DNA from: Labilithrix sp.
Lineage (GTDB): Bacteria; Myxococcota_A; Polyangia; Polyangiales; Polyangiaceae
NCBI GenBank assembly: GCA_046351255.1
Contig: JAXLYU010000005.1
Span: 1,146,583-1,210,582, forward strand
Length of the DNA stretch: 64,000 nt
Direction: 5' to 3'
Both the position numbers and the translations under genes were made by a program. The notes below the pieces were generated by a model. It was not told the origin of the DNA. It saw only the letters and a program-made list of their open reading frames with translations, and made no database searches. Below, piece after piece: positions 1 through 10,515 of the stretch (position 1 is its first letter; every line of letters begins with the position of its first letter).

Positions 1-307
1 TCGTGGTGACCTCGACGCGGTCGGCGAAGCGCTTGAAGGAGCGTGCGAGTGCCTTGAGCTGGTCCGTCTCGTCGTCGACGATCAGGAGGCGCTTCTTGGC
101 CGCATCCTGGAGGTCGACGGGGATCGGCATCTCATGACGCACGAGAAACGACACGAGGTCAGCCGCGCGGATGCGACGGTGACCGCCGGGCGTGCGGAAC
201 GCCAGGAGCAGGCCGTCGTCCACCCACTTCTTGACCGAGCTGGGGTTGACCTGGAGGAGCTCCCCGACCTCGGATGAAGTTAGAAGTTGGTCGCTGACGA
301 TTTTCAC
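1..307 (-). CDS. Response regulator (5' part only; gene continues beyond the window start): excisionase/MerR-like HTH followed by a receiver domain
   Basis: Minus-strand translation from GTG at 307 gives VKIVSDQLLTSSEVGELLQVNPSSVKKWVDDGLL... (HTH), then ...KKRLLIVDDETDQ (receiver start). AAGGAG Shine-Dalgarno 6 nt upstream of the GTG. No stop before position 1. Confidence 0.6.
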   Translation of the reverse strand, partial: MKIVSDQLLTSSEVGELLQVNPSSVKKWVDDGLLLAFRTPGGHRRIRAADLVSFLVRHEMPIPVDLQDAAKKRLLIVDDETDQLKALARSFKRFADRVEVTT

Positions 308-569
308 GGATTACTCTCCTTACTCGGAATGCGAGACTTCGTCAAAACGAAATCGACAAAATCGGCTGATGCGCTTTTTGCGCCTTGAAAACGGGAAAAG
401 ATGTCGCGGTTAGGCCCGTGGCGCTCTGGGCAACCCGTGAGCATATGGCTGAATCCGGGAAATTTCGCCGGAGAAATCGACGGCGGGGGAGGTCCCCGGT
501 GAGCGACCGCTCAATCGTTAAATTGCTGGAAAACCAAAGAGTTTTCCGCGGACGACCTTCGGCTCGCCC

Positions 570-1757
570 TCACCAGCTCTGTGTCGATGGAGATATCGCA
601 GGCGCCGGGCGCCCGAGGAAATAGCCCTGGAGGTAGTCGCAGCCGAGATCGAGCAGGCAGGCAAGCTCGGCCGCGGTCTCGATCCCCTCGGCCACGACGC
701 GCATGTCGAGGTCCCGGCAGAGACGGCTCATCGAGCCCACGATCTGCCGCTTAACCGTGCTTTTCTCGATATCTCGGATGAGCGTCATGTCGAGCTTCAC
801 GACCTCGGGCTCGAACGTGGCGAAGCTGGTGAGGCCCGCGTAGCCGGCCCCCAGGTCGTCGATTGCAATTTTGAACCCCCTCCGGCGGAGCTCGGCGGCC
901 CGGTGCTTGGTCTCCGTGAGATCATCGAGGGCTGCACGCTCCGTGATCTCGAGAACGACGCGGTGGGCGATCTTCGTAAGGGGCGCGGCCCGATCGTAGA
1001 GGTCGGCGTCGAGCAGGTCGGCGGGATGCAAGTTCACGAAAAGAAGGGAGTCTTCGTCGGCGGCATGGAACCCCTCCACGGCGTGAGCGCGGACCCGACG
1101 GCCGAGGTCGTGGAGACGCCCCAGACGCTCGGCGGCCTCGAGGACCGCGCCGGGGTGGGGAAGGGAGGGCTCCTTCGTCCGCATCAGGCACTCGTAGCCC
1201 GCCGTCTTCCTCGTCCGACTATCCACGATGGGCTGGTAGACCATCGTGAGCGAGTCGAGCGCCCGATTGAGGCTCGTGTGGAGCCCGGCACGGTCGCCCG
1301 GCAGGATCGAGCCGCCGAGACCGGCGAGCGCGGCCTCCCGCTTGGTGCGCGCCAGGCGCGCGAGCTTGCCGGCCCGGAGGAGCGTCTGCTCGAGCTGGTC
1401 GTGGGAGAACGGCTTCTGGAGGTAGGTGAGCGCGCCAAGCTCGAGCGCAGCCACTGCCGTCTCGATGCTCGGCTGCCCCGTCATCAGCACGACCGGGACG
1501 TCCAGGTCGTACGAGCGCACGACGCGCAGGAGCTCCACACCCGACATCCCTGGGAGGTTGATGTCGCTGAGGACGCCGTCGAAGGTCTGGTTGACGAGCA
1601 GCTCGGCTGCGGCGGTGCCGTCACCGACCGAGACGACGTCGAAGTTTCCGTTGAGGCGACGCGCGAGCACCGTCCGGAGGCCGTCGTCGTCTTCGACGAT
1701 GAGGAGACGTGGGCGCTCACGATCGGGGGTGGTGGTCATGGCAATCCAATTTCTCAC
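570..1757 (-). CDS. Response regulator receiver + EAL domain (c-di-GMP phosphodiesterase)
   Basis: LLIVEDDDGLRTVLARRL...DINLPGMSG (receiver), then QPIVDSRTRKTAGYECLMR...EITERAAL...IAIDDLGAGYAGL...KLD (EAL signature motifs). Alternative ATG start at 1739. Confidence 0.85.
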   Translation of the reverse strand: MRNWIAMTTTPDRERPRLLIVEDDDGLRTVLARRLNGNFDVVSVGDGTAAAELLVNQTFDGVLSDINLPGMSGVELLRVVRSYDLDVPVVLMTGQPSIETAVAALELGALTYLQKPFSHDQLEQTLLRAGKLARLARTKREAALAGLGGSILPGDRAGLHTSLNRALDSLTMVYQPIVDSRTRKTAGYECLMRTKEPSLPHPGAVLEAAERLGRLHDLGRRVRAHAVEGFHAADEDSLLFVNLHPADLLDADLYDRAAPLTKIAHRVVLEITERAALDDLTETKHRAAELRRRGFKIAIDDLGAGYAGLTSFATFEPEVVKLDMTLIRDIEKSTVKRQIVGSMSRLCRDLDMRVVAEGIETAAELACLLDLGCDYLQGYFLGRPAPAISPSTQSW

Positions 1758-1913
1758 CTTCCCACCTGCAAGAGTCGTTCGTCAATCTGGGAAAGTCGTG
1801 GAAAGTATCCGCCACCGGAGAGGTGGGACTTTTGACCTCGTCGTTCATGGCAGGCGGGTGTCAGACACGACCCGCTTAAGCCGATCGAGCGATGGACGTT
1901 CTCTCTCAACACC

Positions 1914-2258
1914 ATGGACTCGTCCGAACGCCGTCGAGATATCCGCGCTCACGCTTCCCCGCCCGTCGAGATCATCCGCATCGGTTCCCTCGAAAAAGTC
2001 GAGGCACTGAACGTCAGCTTTCGCGGCCTCTTCCTGCGCATGGATGTGCCGCCCCAGCTCAACGAGCTCCTGAAGCTTCGGGTCCAGATCCCCGGTCGAA
2101 TGATCACGCTCAACGTGGTGTCGGTCCGGGTCGTCACCGACGCCCACGGCCGGGCTGGCGTCGGCGTGAAGTTCTTCGCGCTCGCCGGCGATGAGAAGCG
2201 CCAGTGGGAGTCGTACATCACCTCCCTCGTCGCTCATCACCGAAGGCAGGCCGCGTGA
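1914..2258 (+). CDS. PilZ domain protein (c-di-GMP receptor-like)
   Basis: RRRDIRAH (RxxxR motif) and NVSFRGLFL (D/NxSxxG motif), the two PilZ signatures. 114 aa. Confidence 0.65.
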   Translation: MDSSERRRDIRAHASPPVEIIRIGSLEKVEALNVSFRGLFLRMDVPPQLNELLKLRVQIPGRMITLNVVSVRVVTDAHGRAGVGVKFFALAGDEKRQWESYITSLVAHHRRQAA

Positions 2259-2387
2259 CGGTCGACCCGCCAGGGCCATGACGATCGCCAGACGGATGAC
2301 AGGGTCACAAGGAACGACACTCACGAGATCTCGACGACTTGCACGAAAAGATGGACGGCACGGCGGCTGCTTCAGGAGGTCATCACG

Positions 2388-3050
2388 ATGGAACAGACCT
2401 CTCTCTCCGGGAACAACGAAGGCTTCGCCAGCCACATGCACCTCGTGCTTGGAATCGTTGCCGACTTCATGCGCCGCGTCCCTCGCAGCGTTCAGCGCGA
2501 GGACCTCGTGGCCGCTGGCTCCGTGGGTCTTCTCCATGCTCTCCGTTCGAAGAAGCACACCTGCCCGGAGATGCTCGCCGCTTACGCGCGCATCCGCATC
2601 CGTGGCGCCATCATCGACGAGCTTCGCCGTCATGACTGGTCGCCCCGCCGCCGCCGCACCCCGCAGACCGCGAACGTGCCGGCGCCCGTGATCAAGAACA
2701 TGCCCGCGTCCGCCTCCGCCCCTGCGTGCGCCGAGAAGCCCGAAGGCGTCGTCGTCATCGGCTTCGACGACCTCCCCCCGACGCACTCGCTCCGCGAGGA
2801 AGGTCCGTCGCCGTACGAGCAGGTGCAGACCAATCGCGAGAACGGCGACCTCCGCCGCGCCGTCGGCAAGCTCCCCGCTCGCGAGCGCAGCATCATCCAG
2901 ATGCGCTACTTCGAGGACCAGTCCTCGAAGGCGATCGCGACCTCGATGGGCCTCAGCGAGGCCCGCGTCTCCCAGCTCCTCGCCCGCGCCACGTCGCAGC
3001 TCAAGACGCTGCTCGTGGAGGCGCAGAACGACGTCCACCTCGCGGCCTGA
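2388..3050 (+). CDS. Sigma-70 family RNA polymerase sigma factor, FliA/WhiG (sigma-28)-like
   Basis: Region 2 DLVAAGSVGLLHALRS...AYARIRIRGAIIDELRRH. Region 4 LPARERSIIQMRYFEDQSSKAIATSMGLSEARVSQLLARATSQLK. AGGAGG Shine-Dalgarno 8 nt upstream of the ATG. Confidence 0.8.
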   Translation: MEQTSLSGNNEGFASHMHLVLGIVADFMRRVPRSVQREDLVAAGSVGLLHALRSKKHTCPEMLAAYARIRIRGAIIDELRRHDWSPRRRRTPQTANVPAPVIKNMPASASAPACAEKPEGVVVIGFDDLPPTHSLREEGPSPYEQVQTNRENGDLRRAVGKLPARERSIIQMRYFEDQSSKAIATSMGLSEARVSQLLARATSQLKTLLVEAQNDVHLAA

Positions 3051-3676
3051 TGCAGTCGGTGGAGCAACAGATCCGAGCGCTGGTCGTCGACGACGAGAGC
3101 GGCATTCGACAGGCGGTGGCTCGCGTTCTTCGCAACGCCGGCCTCGAGACGCTGACGGCGGAGAGCGGCGAAGACGCGCTCCTGATCCTCCAGAGAGAGA
3201 GGATCGACGTGGCGGTGCTCGACATCCGCATGCCGGGGCTCACCGGGATCGACGTGCTCGCTCGCATGAAGGAAGACCGGCACCCGGCAGAGGTGGTCAT
3301 GATGACCGCGCACGCGGACGCCGAGCTCCATTTGAGCCTCACGAAGCAGGGCGCCTACGCCCTCGTGACGAAGCCGTTCCAGGCGAACGAGGCCATCGTC
3401 ATCGAAGTGGTGAACGCTGCGGCGTACAAGCGTCTCCGCGAGCAGAGCGAGCGCTTGCAGGTGCAGCTCGCCGATCGCTCGATCGCCGGAACCGTGACGA
3501 GCCTCGCGCTCCACGAGCTCGCGTTCGCAGAGGCCAAGAAGCGCGTCGTGAACGAGTTCACCAACGCCTACGTGAAGGCGCTGCTCGAAGCGACGAACAA
3601 CAATGTCTCCGAGGCGGCGCGTCGCTCGGGGCTGGATCGCTCGAACTTCCGCCGCCTCTTCCGCAAGCCGGCGTAA
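3050..3676 (+). CDS. Response regulator: receiver + Fis-type HTH (NtrC-like without AAA+ domain)
   Basis: ATG overlaps the upstream stop (ATGA at 3048-3052). LVVDDESGIRQAV...DIRMPGLTGIDVL (receiver). C-terminal NVSEAARRSGLDRSNFRRLFRK (Fis HTH). Confidence 0.8.
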   Translation: MQSVEQQIRALVVDDESGIRQAVARVLRNAGLETLTAESGEDALLILQRERIDVAVLDIRMPGLTGIDVLARMKEDRHPAEVVMMTAHADAELHLSLTKQGAYALVTKPFQANEAIVIEVVNAAAYKRLREQSERLQVQLADRSIAGTVTSLALHELAFAEAKKRVVNEFTNAYVKALLEATNNNVSEAARRSGLDRSNFRRLFRKPA

Positions 3677-3697
3677 CGCGAGCTCCGAAAGCGAAAA

Positions 3698-3724
3698 GGA
3701 GCGACGCTCACGAAGCGTTGCTCC
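3698..3724. terminator. Bidirectional hairpin terminator between convergent genes
   Basis: GGAGCGACGCT-cacga-AGCGTTGCTCC: 11-bp stem (one G-U pair) with a 5-nt loop, in the 76-bp gap between the + gene ending at 3676 and the - gene ending at 3753. Confidence 0.45.
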
Positions 3725-3752
3725 TGATGGCATTCGAGCGAGGCCGCTTCTT

Positions 3753-4784
<1,032 letters not shown>

Positions 4785-4803
4785 GATTGGCTCGTCTGGT
4801 CGA

Positions 4804-5580
4804 TCAGCTACCGAAGCCGGCCTCGAGACCGGGATAAGGAAGAGTGAAGCGGCGGCCCGACGCCGGCGCCGGCGCGTGAGCCGGGCAATACCCGCGCTTC
4901 TTCGCGCTGGGATCGAAGCTCACGTACGAGCACGTCGTACAGATCGCGAGGTAGCTCTCGTAGTCGCCCGGGCGCAGGAGGTAGTCGACCGCGAAGAGGG
5001 AGAGGACGCGATCGGCGAGGCGCGTCGTGCCCGCGGCGGGCGCCCAGGTCGGCTCGCGATATCCGTCTTCCACCCGAGCCACCGAGCCCGCGATGAGCGC
5101 GCGGAGCACGAAGCTCGAAGACTGATCGCCGCTGAGCTGAGCCAGGTTCTCGAGCACCTCCGTACGGGCGGCCCGCAAGATGCGATCGACGAGGCGGACG
5201 TCGATCTGCTTGATGAGCGGCACATCGCCGGCGATCGACGGATGGCTCTCACGCTTGGCATAGCGCGTGGCGAGGGCATAGGGGCCCGAGAGCCACATGG
5301 CGAGCTCGGGCTTCCCCCAGGTCGGCGACTCGTTCATGAACTGGACCGCGGTCTCGCGGCAGGAGCGGGCCATGTCGGCGCCGCTGAAGCCTGGCGGAAG
5401 AACAACGACGGTATCGCGGGGACCTTCCTGCGAGGGAGGTAGGGAGTGCACTTCGCTCATGATCGGAAAGGAGCAGGCATTCGCCGTACCAACGCCCGGT
5501 GTTCGTCCGATGACGAGGAACCGTCGCTCCGCCGACGCTGAGCCGTACCCCCATGACGCCTCGACGAGCAAAAGCGGCAT
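4804..5580 (-). CDS. Hypothetical protein with C-terminal Cys/His motif (CTTCSYVSFDPSAKKRGYCPAHA). Co-transcribed immediately upstream of the sigma-54 activator.
   Basis: High GC3 and protein-like composition on the minus strand; the overlapping plus-strand ORF is an Arg-rich artefact. 19-bp gap to the downstream activator gene. Start uncertain (alternative ATG at 5460). Confidence 0.5.
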   Translation of the reverse strand: MPLLLVEASWGYGSASAERRFLVIGRTPGVGTANACSFPIMSEVHSLPPSQEGPRDTVVVLPPGFSGADMARSCRETAVQFMNESPTWGKPELAMWLSGPYALATRYAKRESHPSIAGDVPLIKQIDVRLVDRILRAARTEVLENLAQLSGDQSSSFVLRALIAGSVARVEDGYREPTWAPAAGTTRLADRVLSLFAVDYLLRPGDYESYLAICTTCSYVSFDPSAKKRGYCPAHAPAPASGRRFTLPYPGLEAGFGS

Positions 5581-5587
5581 CGGTGGT

Positions 5588-5623
5588 TTGACGCTCGCGC
5601 CACGCGAATGACGAAAGCGTCAA
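5588..5623. promoter_or_regulatory. Inverted repeat TTGACGCT-N20-AGCGTCAA in a divergent intergenic region (candidate operator)
   Basis: Perfect 8-bp arms seen directly in the sequence between the minus gene ending at 5580 and the PilZ gene starting at 5740. Confidence 0.3.
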
Positions 5624-5739
5624 CCTCATGGCAACACGCGGTTTTTCTAGATTGTTTCTCAAGCTCGAGACCCTCTGACCGTTCCCCCTACGTAGAAACG
5701 CTGGCCGTCGTGAGCGGCCGTTCCGGAGGAGACAGGACG

Positions 5740-6129
5740 ATGGGTGCAGCGCTGAAGATCACGCCGGAAGAGGACTTTCGCGTTCGCGAAGACGAACGCA
5801 AGTCGCCCCGCGCGATCGCGTACCTCTGCATCGATCTGTGCTCCGAGCACAACTTCTGGACCGGGCTCACGATGAACATCTCCGAGGGCGGCGTCTTCGT
5901 CGCCACCCACGTCATGCTCCCTGCCGGCTCGCTCGTGGGCCTGCACCTCGAGCTGCCGAGTCACAAGCGCATCATGACGCTCGGCGAGGTCCGCTGGAGC
6001 CGCACGTACTCGGGTGACGACGATGTCCCGCCGGGCCTAGGCATCAAGTTCGTCGGCCTCGACCTCGCGAGCCTCGCCGCCATCCGCAAGTTCATCACGA
6101 CGATCCGCGAGCCGCTGCTCTTCGAATAG
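5740..6129 (+). CDS. PilZ domain protein
   Basis: ATG at 5740 with GGAGGA Shine-Dalgarno 10 nt upstream. EDERKSPR (RxxxR-like) and NISEGGVFV (DxSxGG). Confidence 0.65.
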   Translation: MGAALKITPEEDFRVREDERKSPRAIAYLCIDLCSEHNFWTGLTMNISEGGVFVATHVMLPAGSLVGLHLELPSHKRIMTLGEVRWSRTYSGDDDVPPGLGIKFVGLDLASLAAIRKFITTIREPLLFE

Positions 6130-6150
6130 CGCCAAACGCGCGCGAACCAG

Positions 6151-8610
6151 GTGGATTCCGCACCACTTCACGGCTACGAAGACGCCGTGAAGATTCGTCT
6201 CCTGCCCATCTTTGCCCTCCTCGCGACCATCGCGTTCGTCGCCGCCTGCGGTGACTCGAAGCCCGCGCAGTCGCCTGACCTCATCGTCGGCAAGGGTGGT
6301 GATGCAGGCGCCGAGCCGCCGCCGCCGCCGCCGCCCGCACAGGCGGAGGACGAGGCGGCCGTGCCCATCGTCGCGAACGACGCGACGCGAGGGAGCCGGC
6401 TCGCGACGGTGACGATCGTCGTCTTCTCGGACTTCCAGTGTCCGTTCTGTTCGCGTGTGGTGCCGACGCTCGACCGGCTCTACGAGCAGTACGGCGCCGA
6501 CCAGCTGCGCATCGTCTTCAAGAACAATCCGCTCCCGTTCCACCCCCAGGCGCGCATCGCGGCCGAGATCGGGCAGGGCGTCCTCGAGACGGCAGGCAAC
6601 GAGGCTTTCTGGCGTTTCCACAACGCGACGTTCGAGCACCAGAAGGAAATGGAGCCGGCGACGCTCCTGTCGTGGGCCGCTCAGGCCGGCGCGGACGAGC
6701 GCGCGATCAAGGAAGGCATCGAGCAGCACCGGTGGACGGCCAAGATCGAGGTCGACATCTCGGTCGCGCACGGTCGCGGCGCGAACGGCACGCCCACGTT
6801 CTTCATCGACGGCATCGAGCTCGTCGGCGCGCGCAGCATCGACGACTTCAAGGAGATCATCGACGAGGAGCTCGTGAAGAGCCGCGCGCTCGCGAAGGAG
6901 GGGATCCCTCGCGATCAGATCTACACGCGCCTCGCGGGTCAGAACTTCAAGTCGACGAAGGAGCGTCAGGAAGCGGACCGGCAGAAGCGCGACGTGGAGG
7001 AGCGCGAGCGAGCCGCGAGGGACGCGGCGGCCGCGAAGATCGTGCACAAGATCCCGGTCGGAAAGGCGCCGTCGCGCGGCAACCCGAACGCGCAGATCAC
7101 CATCATCGAGTTTGCCGACTACCAGTGTCCGTACTGCAAGGCATCCGAGAAGGTGATGGAGCAGATCAAGACGACGTACGGCGACAAGGTTCGCTTCGTC
7201 TGGCGCGACTTCCCGCTCTCGTTCCACCCACGCGCGGAGCCCGCGGCGGAGCTCGCGCGATTCGCGCTCGCGACGAAGGGCGAGGCGGGGTTCTGGGCGG
7301 TGCACGACGCGATCATGACCTCCACGCCGCAGCTCGAGGACTCGGATCTCGAGGCGGTCGCGACCGCGGCGAAGCTCGACGCGAAGAAGGCCATGGAGGC
7401 GGTGAAGGCGAAGTCCTACGCCTCGCAGATCGAGCTCGATCAGATCGTGGCGGACGACTTCGGCGTCGAGGGCACGCCCAACTTCTTCGTGAACGGTCGT
7501 CACGTGAAGGGAGCGAGGCAGTTCGATGCCTTCAAGGCCATCATCGACGAGGAGCTCGTGCGTGCGGACGAGCTCTTGAAAAAGGGCACCGCGAAGACGG
7601 CGCTCTACGAGGCGCTCATCAAGGACGGCGTCGCGCCCCCGGAGCCGCCGAAGAAGGCGGTCGCGGCCGTGCCTGCGAACGCGCCGTTCCGCGGCTCGCC
7701 GAACGCGAAGGTGGTCATCCAGGAGTTCGCGGACTTCCAGTGCCCGTTCTGCGCAAAGGTGAAGCCGACCATCGACGAGCTCCTGAAGTCGTACCCCGGC
7801 AAGATCAAGGTCGTGTGGCGCGACGATCCGCTCTCGTTCCACCCGGACGCGCCGCTCGCGGCGGAGGCGGCGCGCGAGGCCTACGCGCAGAAGGGGAACG
7901 AGGGCTTCAACAAGTTCACGGATCTCGTCTGGCAGCACCAGCAGGACCTGAAGCGGTCGGATCTCGAGAGCTATGCGCAGCAGGTCGGGCTCGACGCGAC
8001 GAAGTTCGCGGCCGCGCTCGACAAGCACACGCACAAGGCCACGATCGACGCGGAGCAGAAGGCGGCGAACGACGCGGAGCTCGGCGGCACGCCCGCGTTC
8101 TTCATCGGTCCTTATTTCATCTCCGGCGCGAAGGACCTGCCCAAGTTCAAGAAGCTGGTGAACCTCGCGCTCAACCTCCCGGCGGACAAGCTGACGCCGG
8201 AGGCCCCGAAGCCGAAGCCGGCGATCACGCCGCCGACCAACACGCCGCCGACCAACACGCCGCCGACCAACGTCGCCGCGCCGAAGAGCCTCGTGATCGC
8301 AGATACGCAGGTCGGCACGGGCCGCGAGGTGAAGTCGGGCGACAAGGTGAAGGTGCACTACGTCGGCCGTTTGCTCGACGGCACCGAGTTCGATGCGTCA
8401 CGGAAGCACGGGAATGATGGCTTCTCCTTCAAGGTTGGCGCAGGACAGGTGATCAAGGGATGGGATCAGGGCCTCGTCGGGATGAAGGTCGGAGGCAAAC
8501 GGAAGCTGACGATCCCGCCGGACCTTGGCTATGGTGACCGTGGTGCAGGCTCCGTCATTCCGCCGAAGGCGACGCTGGTCTTCGATATCGAGCTTCTGTC
8601 TATCGAGTAG
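6151..8610 (+). CDS. Lipoprotein: three tandem DsbA-like thioredoxin domains (CPFC, CPYC, CPFC) fused to a C-terminal FKBP-type peptidyl-prolyl isomerase
   Basis: Three repeats of ~200 aa, each with a CxxC in FADFQCPFC / FADYQCPYC / FADFQCPFC context and a ...FFI(N)G... motif. C-terminus [18 protein letters not shown]...[33 protein letters not shown] (FKBP). Lipobox FVAACG. A more likely start is the GTG at 6187 ([21 protein letters not shown]). Confidence 0.85.
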   Translation: MDSAPLHGYEDAVKIRLLPIFALLATIAFVAACGDSKPAQSPDLIVGKGGDAGAEPPPPPPPAQAEDEAAVPIVANDATRGSRLATVTIVVFSDFQCPFCSRVVPTLDRLYEQYGADQLRIVFKNNPLPFHPQARIAAEIGQGVLETAGNEAFWRFHNATFEHQKEMEPATLLSWAAQAGADERAIKEGIEQHRWTAKIEVDISVAHGRGANGTPTFFIDGIELVGARSIDDFKEIIDEELVKSRALAKEGIPRDQIYTRLAGQNFKSTKERQEADRQKRDVEERERAARDAAAAKIVHKIPVGKAPSRGNPNAQITIIEFADYQCPYCKASEKVMEQIKTTYGDKVRFVWRDFPLSFHPRAEPAAELARFALATKGEAGFWAVHDAIMTSTPQLEDSDLEAVATAAKLDAKKAMEAVKAKSYASQIELDQIVADDFGVEGTPNFFVNGRHVKGARQFDAFKAIIDEELVRADELLKKGTAKTALYEALIKDGVAPPEPPKKAVAAVPANAPFRGSPNAKVVIQEFADFQCPFCAKVKPTIDELLKSYPGKIKVVWRDDPLSFHPDAPLAAEAAREAYAQKGNEGFNKFTDLVWQHQQDLKRSDLESYAQQVGLDATKFAAALDKHTHKATIDAEQKAANDAELGGTPAFFIGPYFISGAKDLPKFKKLVNLALNLPADKLTPEAPKPKPAITPPTNTPPTNTPPTNVAAPKSLVIADTQVGTGREVKSGDKVKVHYVGRLLDGTEFDASRKHGNDGFSFKVGAGQVIKGWDQGLVGMKVGGKRKLTIPPDLGYGDRGAGSVIPPKATLVFDIELLSIE
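8227..8271 (+). repeat. Perfect 3 x 15-bp tandem repeat (acgccgccgaccaac) encoding (TPPTN)x3 in the linker before the FKBP domain
   Basis: Seen directly: three identical 15-mers at 8227, 8242 and 8257. Confidence 0.9.
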
Positions 8611-9139
8611 CGTCGCGGTGCTGCTCGCGACGTCCGACGCGTCGGCGATCGAGCAGCAGCATCACCTCGGCCTCGCGCCGGCGTTCGGGATGCTGAACAT
8701 CAAGGACAAGTCGACGGTGAGCGCCGGCTTCGGCGGTGCGCTTCACTACGCGTACGGCCTGACCGACCAGTGGAACCTCACGCTCGACGCGAGCTCGGTC
8801 GTCGTGGCGGCGGATCAGAAGCTCGACCCTCCGGCAAACTTGCAGACGAGACCCGCCGCGGTCCATCAGGCGGGCGCCGGCGTGAGCTACGTGATCGACA
8901 TCCTGCGCGTCATCCCGTGGTTCGGGATCGAGGGTGGCGCGTGCCTCCTCACGGGCGGCACGCTCGATCGCGCCATCGTCGTGCCCGACCTCTCCGTGGG
9001 CGTCGGCCTCGACTACCAGCTCTCACGCACGTTCGCGGTCGGTGTTACAGGAAGGGAACATCTGATGATCAGCAAGCTCGACACGTATCCGAGCTATCTG
9101 ACCGCGATGCTGCGCTTCGAGGTCATGTGGGGCTACTGA
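8525..9139 (+). CDS. Putative outer-membrane beta-barrel-like protein (start ambiguous: ATG 8525 overlapping the upstream gene, or GTG 8618)
   Basis: Alternating hydrophobic beta-strand-like segments; ends in an aromatic residue (MWGY). The 8525 start gives an RRRRR + hydrophobic + ASA signal-peptide-like N-terminus. Confidence 0.4.
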   Translation: MAMVTVVQAPSFRRRRRWSSISSFCLSSSVAVLLATSDASAIEQQHHLGLAPAFGMLNIKDKSTVSAGFGGALHYAYGLTDQWNLTLDASSVVVAADQKLDPPANLQTRPAAVHQAGAGVSYVIDILRVIPWFGIEGGACLLTGGTLDRAIVVPDLSVGVGLDYQLSRTFAVGVTGREHLMISKLDTYPSYLTAMLRFEVMWGY

Positions 9140-9235
9140 GATCCACCGATCGCCACCACGTCATTGCGCAGCGGCCCGACTCCAGCGTCGTTTCGCGCCC
9201 CCGTCCCCCGGCACGCATGGTGCAGCCGACATCAC

Positions 9236-10462
9236 ATGGAGGCGCTGACCTATTCGACCGTGGCCGTGACGATGGGCCTCGTCGTGACGCGCCCGCGCAT
9301 CTCGCCGAAGCTTCGCCTCACGCCGGCGACGGCCGCGCTCGCGGGCGTGGCGGTGCTGACCGCGCTCGGCAGCGTGCACGTCGCCGACATCGGCTGGGCG
9401 GCGCAGACGATGTGGCGCCCGCTCCTCGGGATCGTCTCCATCATGATCATGACGGGTGTCGCGCGCCGGATGGGCGTGCTCGACGGAATCGCCGAGATCA
9501 TCTTTCGCCGCGTCGCGCGGAGCGGCGCCTCGCTCTTCGCGGCCGTGTTCGCGTTCGGCACGTTGACGGCGGCGGTCCTCAACAACGACTCCGCGATCCT
9601 CCTGCTGACGCCGCTCATCGTCGACATCGCGCGGCGGAAGCGTCCCGACCTCGTCGTCCCGCTCGCGTTCGCGGTCTTCCTCTCCGCGGGCGTCGCGCCG
9701 CTCGTCGTGTCGAACCCGATGAACATGGTCGTCGCGTCGTATGCGCACATCGGCTTCAACGACTACGCGCGCGCGATGGCGCTGCCGGCGCTCGCGGGCT
9801 GCCTCGCGACGTTCGCGACCGCGTTCTTCCTCTTCCGTCGCGAGCTCGCGGCGTCGAAGGCGGCGCCGCCGGGCGAAGCGCCGCTCGCGCCGCTCCGCGG
9901 TCTCCGCCTCGTCACGCTGCTCGCGCTCGGCGCGGTCGTCGCCGCGTACCCCGTGGTCTCGTACTTCGGCGGCCCGGTCTGGATCGTCGCGTTCGTCGGC
10001 GCGCTCCTCCTCCTCGCGATCGGCCGCGTGGCCGGCGCGAGCACGAAGGACGTGGTCAAGGACGGCATCCACCTCGACACCCTCGTCTTCCTCGTCGCGG
10101 CGCTGATCCTCAGCATCGGGCTTCGCAACGAGGGGATCGTCGAGCGGCTCTCCTCGCTCTACCAGGGCGCGGGCGCGATGCGCGTCGGTCTGATCTCGGC
10201 CGGCGGCAGCGCGCTCCTCAACAACCACCCGATGAGCCACCTCAACATGTTCGCGCTCGGCCACCACGGTGGCACGAGCGTGCTCGCCGCGCTCATCGGA
10301 GGCGACCTCGGCCCGCGCCTCTTCCCGATGGGCTCGCTCGCGGGCCTCCTCTGGCTCGAGATGCTCCGCCGCTCCGGCGTCGTGCTTCCGATGCGGAGGT
10401 TCTTGATCGTCGGCGCCGTCGCCACGCTCCCCGCGCTCGTGGTGTCCCTCGCCGCGCTTTGA
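9236..10462 (+). CDS. ArsB/NhaD-superfamily permease (arsenite or citrate-type anion transporter)
   Basis: ~10-12 predicted TM helices. Family-like motifs LLLTPLIVDIARR and VVSNPMNMVVAS. Start chosen at the ATG at 9236 (MEALTYSTV...). Confidence 0.7.
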   Translation: MEALTYSTVAVTMGLVVTRPRISPKLRLTPATAALAGVAVLTALGSVHVADIGWAAQTMWRPLLGIVSIMIMTGVARRMGVLDGIAEIIFRRVARSGASLFAAVFAFGTLTAAVLNNDSAILLLTPLIVDIARRKRPDLVVPLAFAVFLSAGVAPLVVSNPMNMVVASYAHIGFNDYARAMALPALAGCLATFATAFFLFRRELAASKAAPPGEAPLAPLRGLRLVTLLALGAVVAAYPVVSYFGGPVWIVAFVGALLLLAIGRVAGASTKDVVKDGIHLDTLVFLVAALILSIGLRNEGIVERLSSLYQGAGAMRVGLISAGGSALLNNHPMSHLNMFALGHHGGTSVLAALIGGDLGPRLFPMGSLAGLLWLEMLRRSGVVLPMRRFLIVGAVATLPALVVSLAAL

Positions 10463-10515
10463 TCGGCGAGCACGCTGGTCGGCTTGCTACCGGAGCAAGC
10501 AAGCCCACAAGCATC

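Noticed and set aside
1845-3038. 397-aa minus-strand ORF antisense to the PilZ and sigma-factor genes
   Set aside because: Arg/Gly/Asp-rich low-complexity translation typical of an antisense frame in 70% GC DNA. The plus-strand genes have clear domains and Shine-Dalgarno sequences.
6037-8358. 773-aa minus-strand ORF, and the 659-aa +2-frame ORF (6438..8417), overlapping the DsbA-FKBP gene
   Set aside because: Extreme Arg/Leu/Glu content ([10 protein letters not shown]...) and no domain. The +1 frame encodes three recognisable thioredoxin domains and an FKBP domain.
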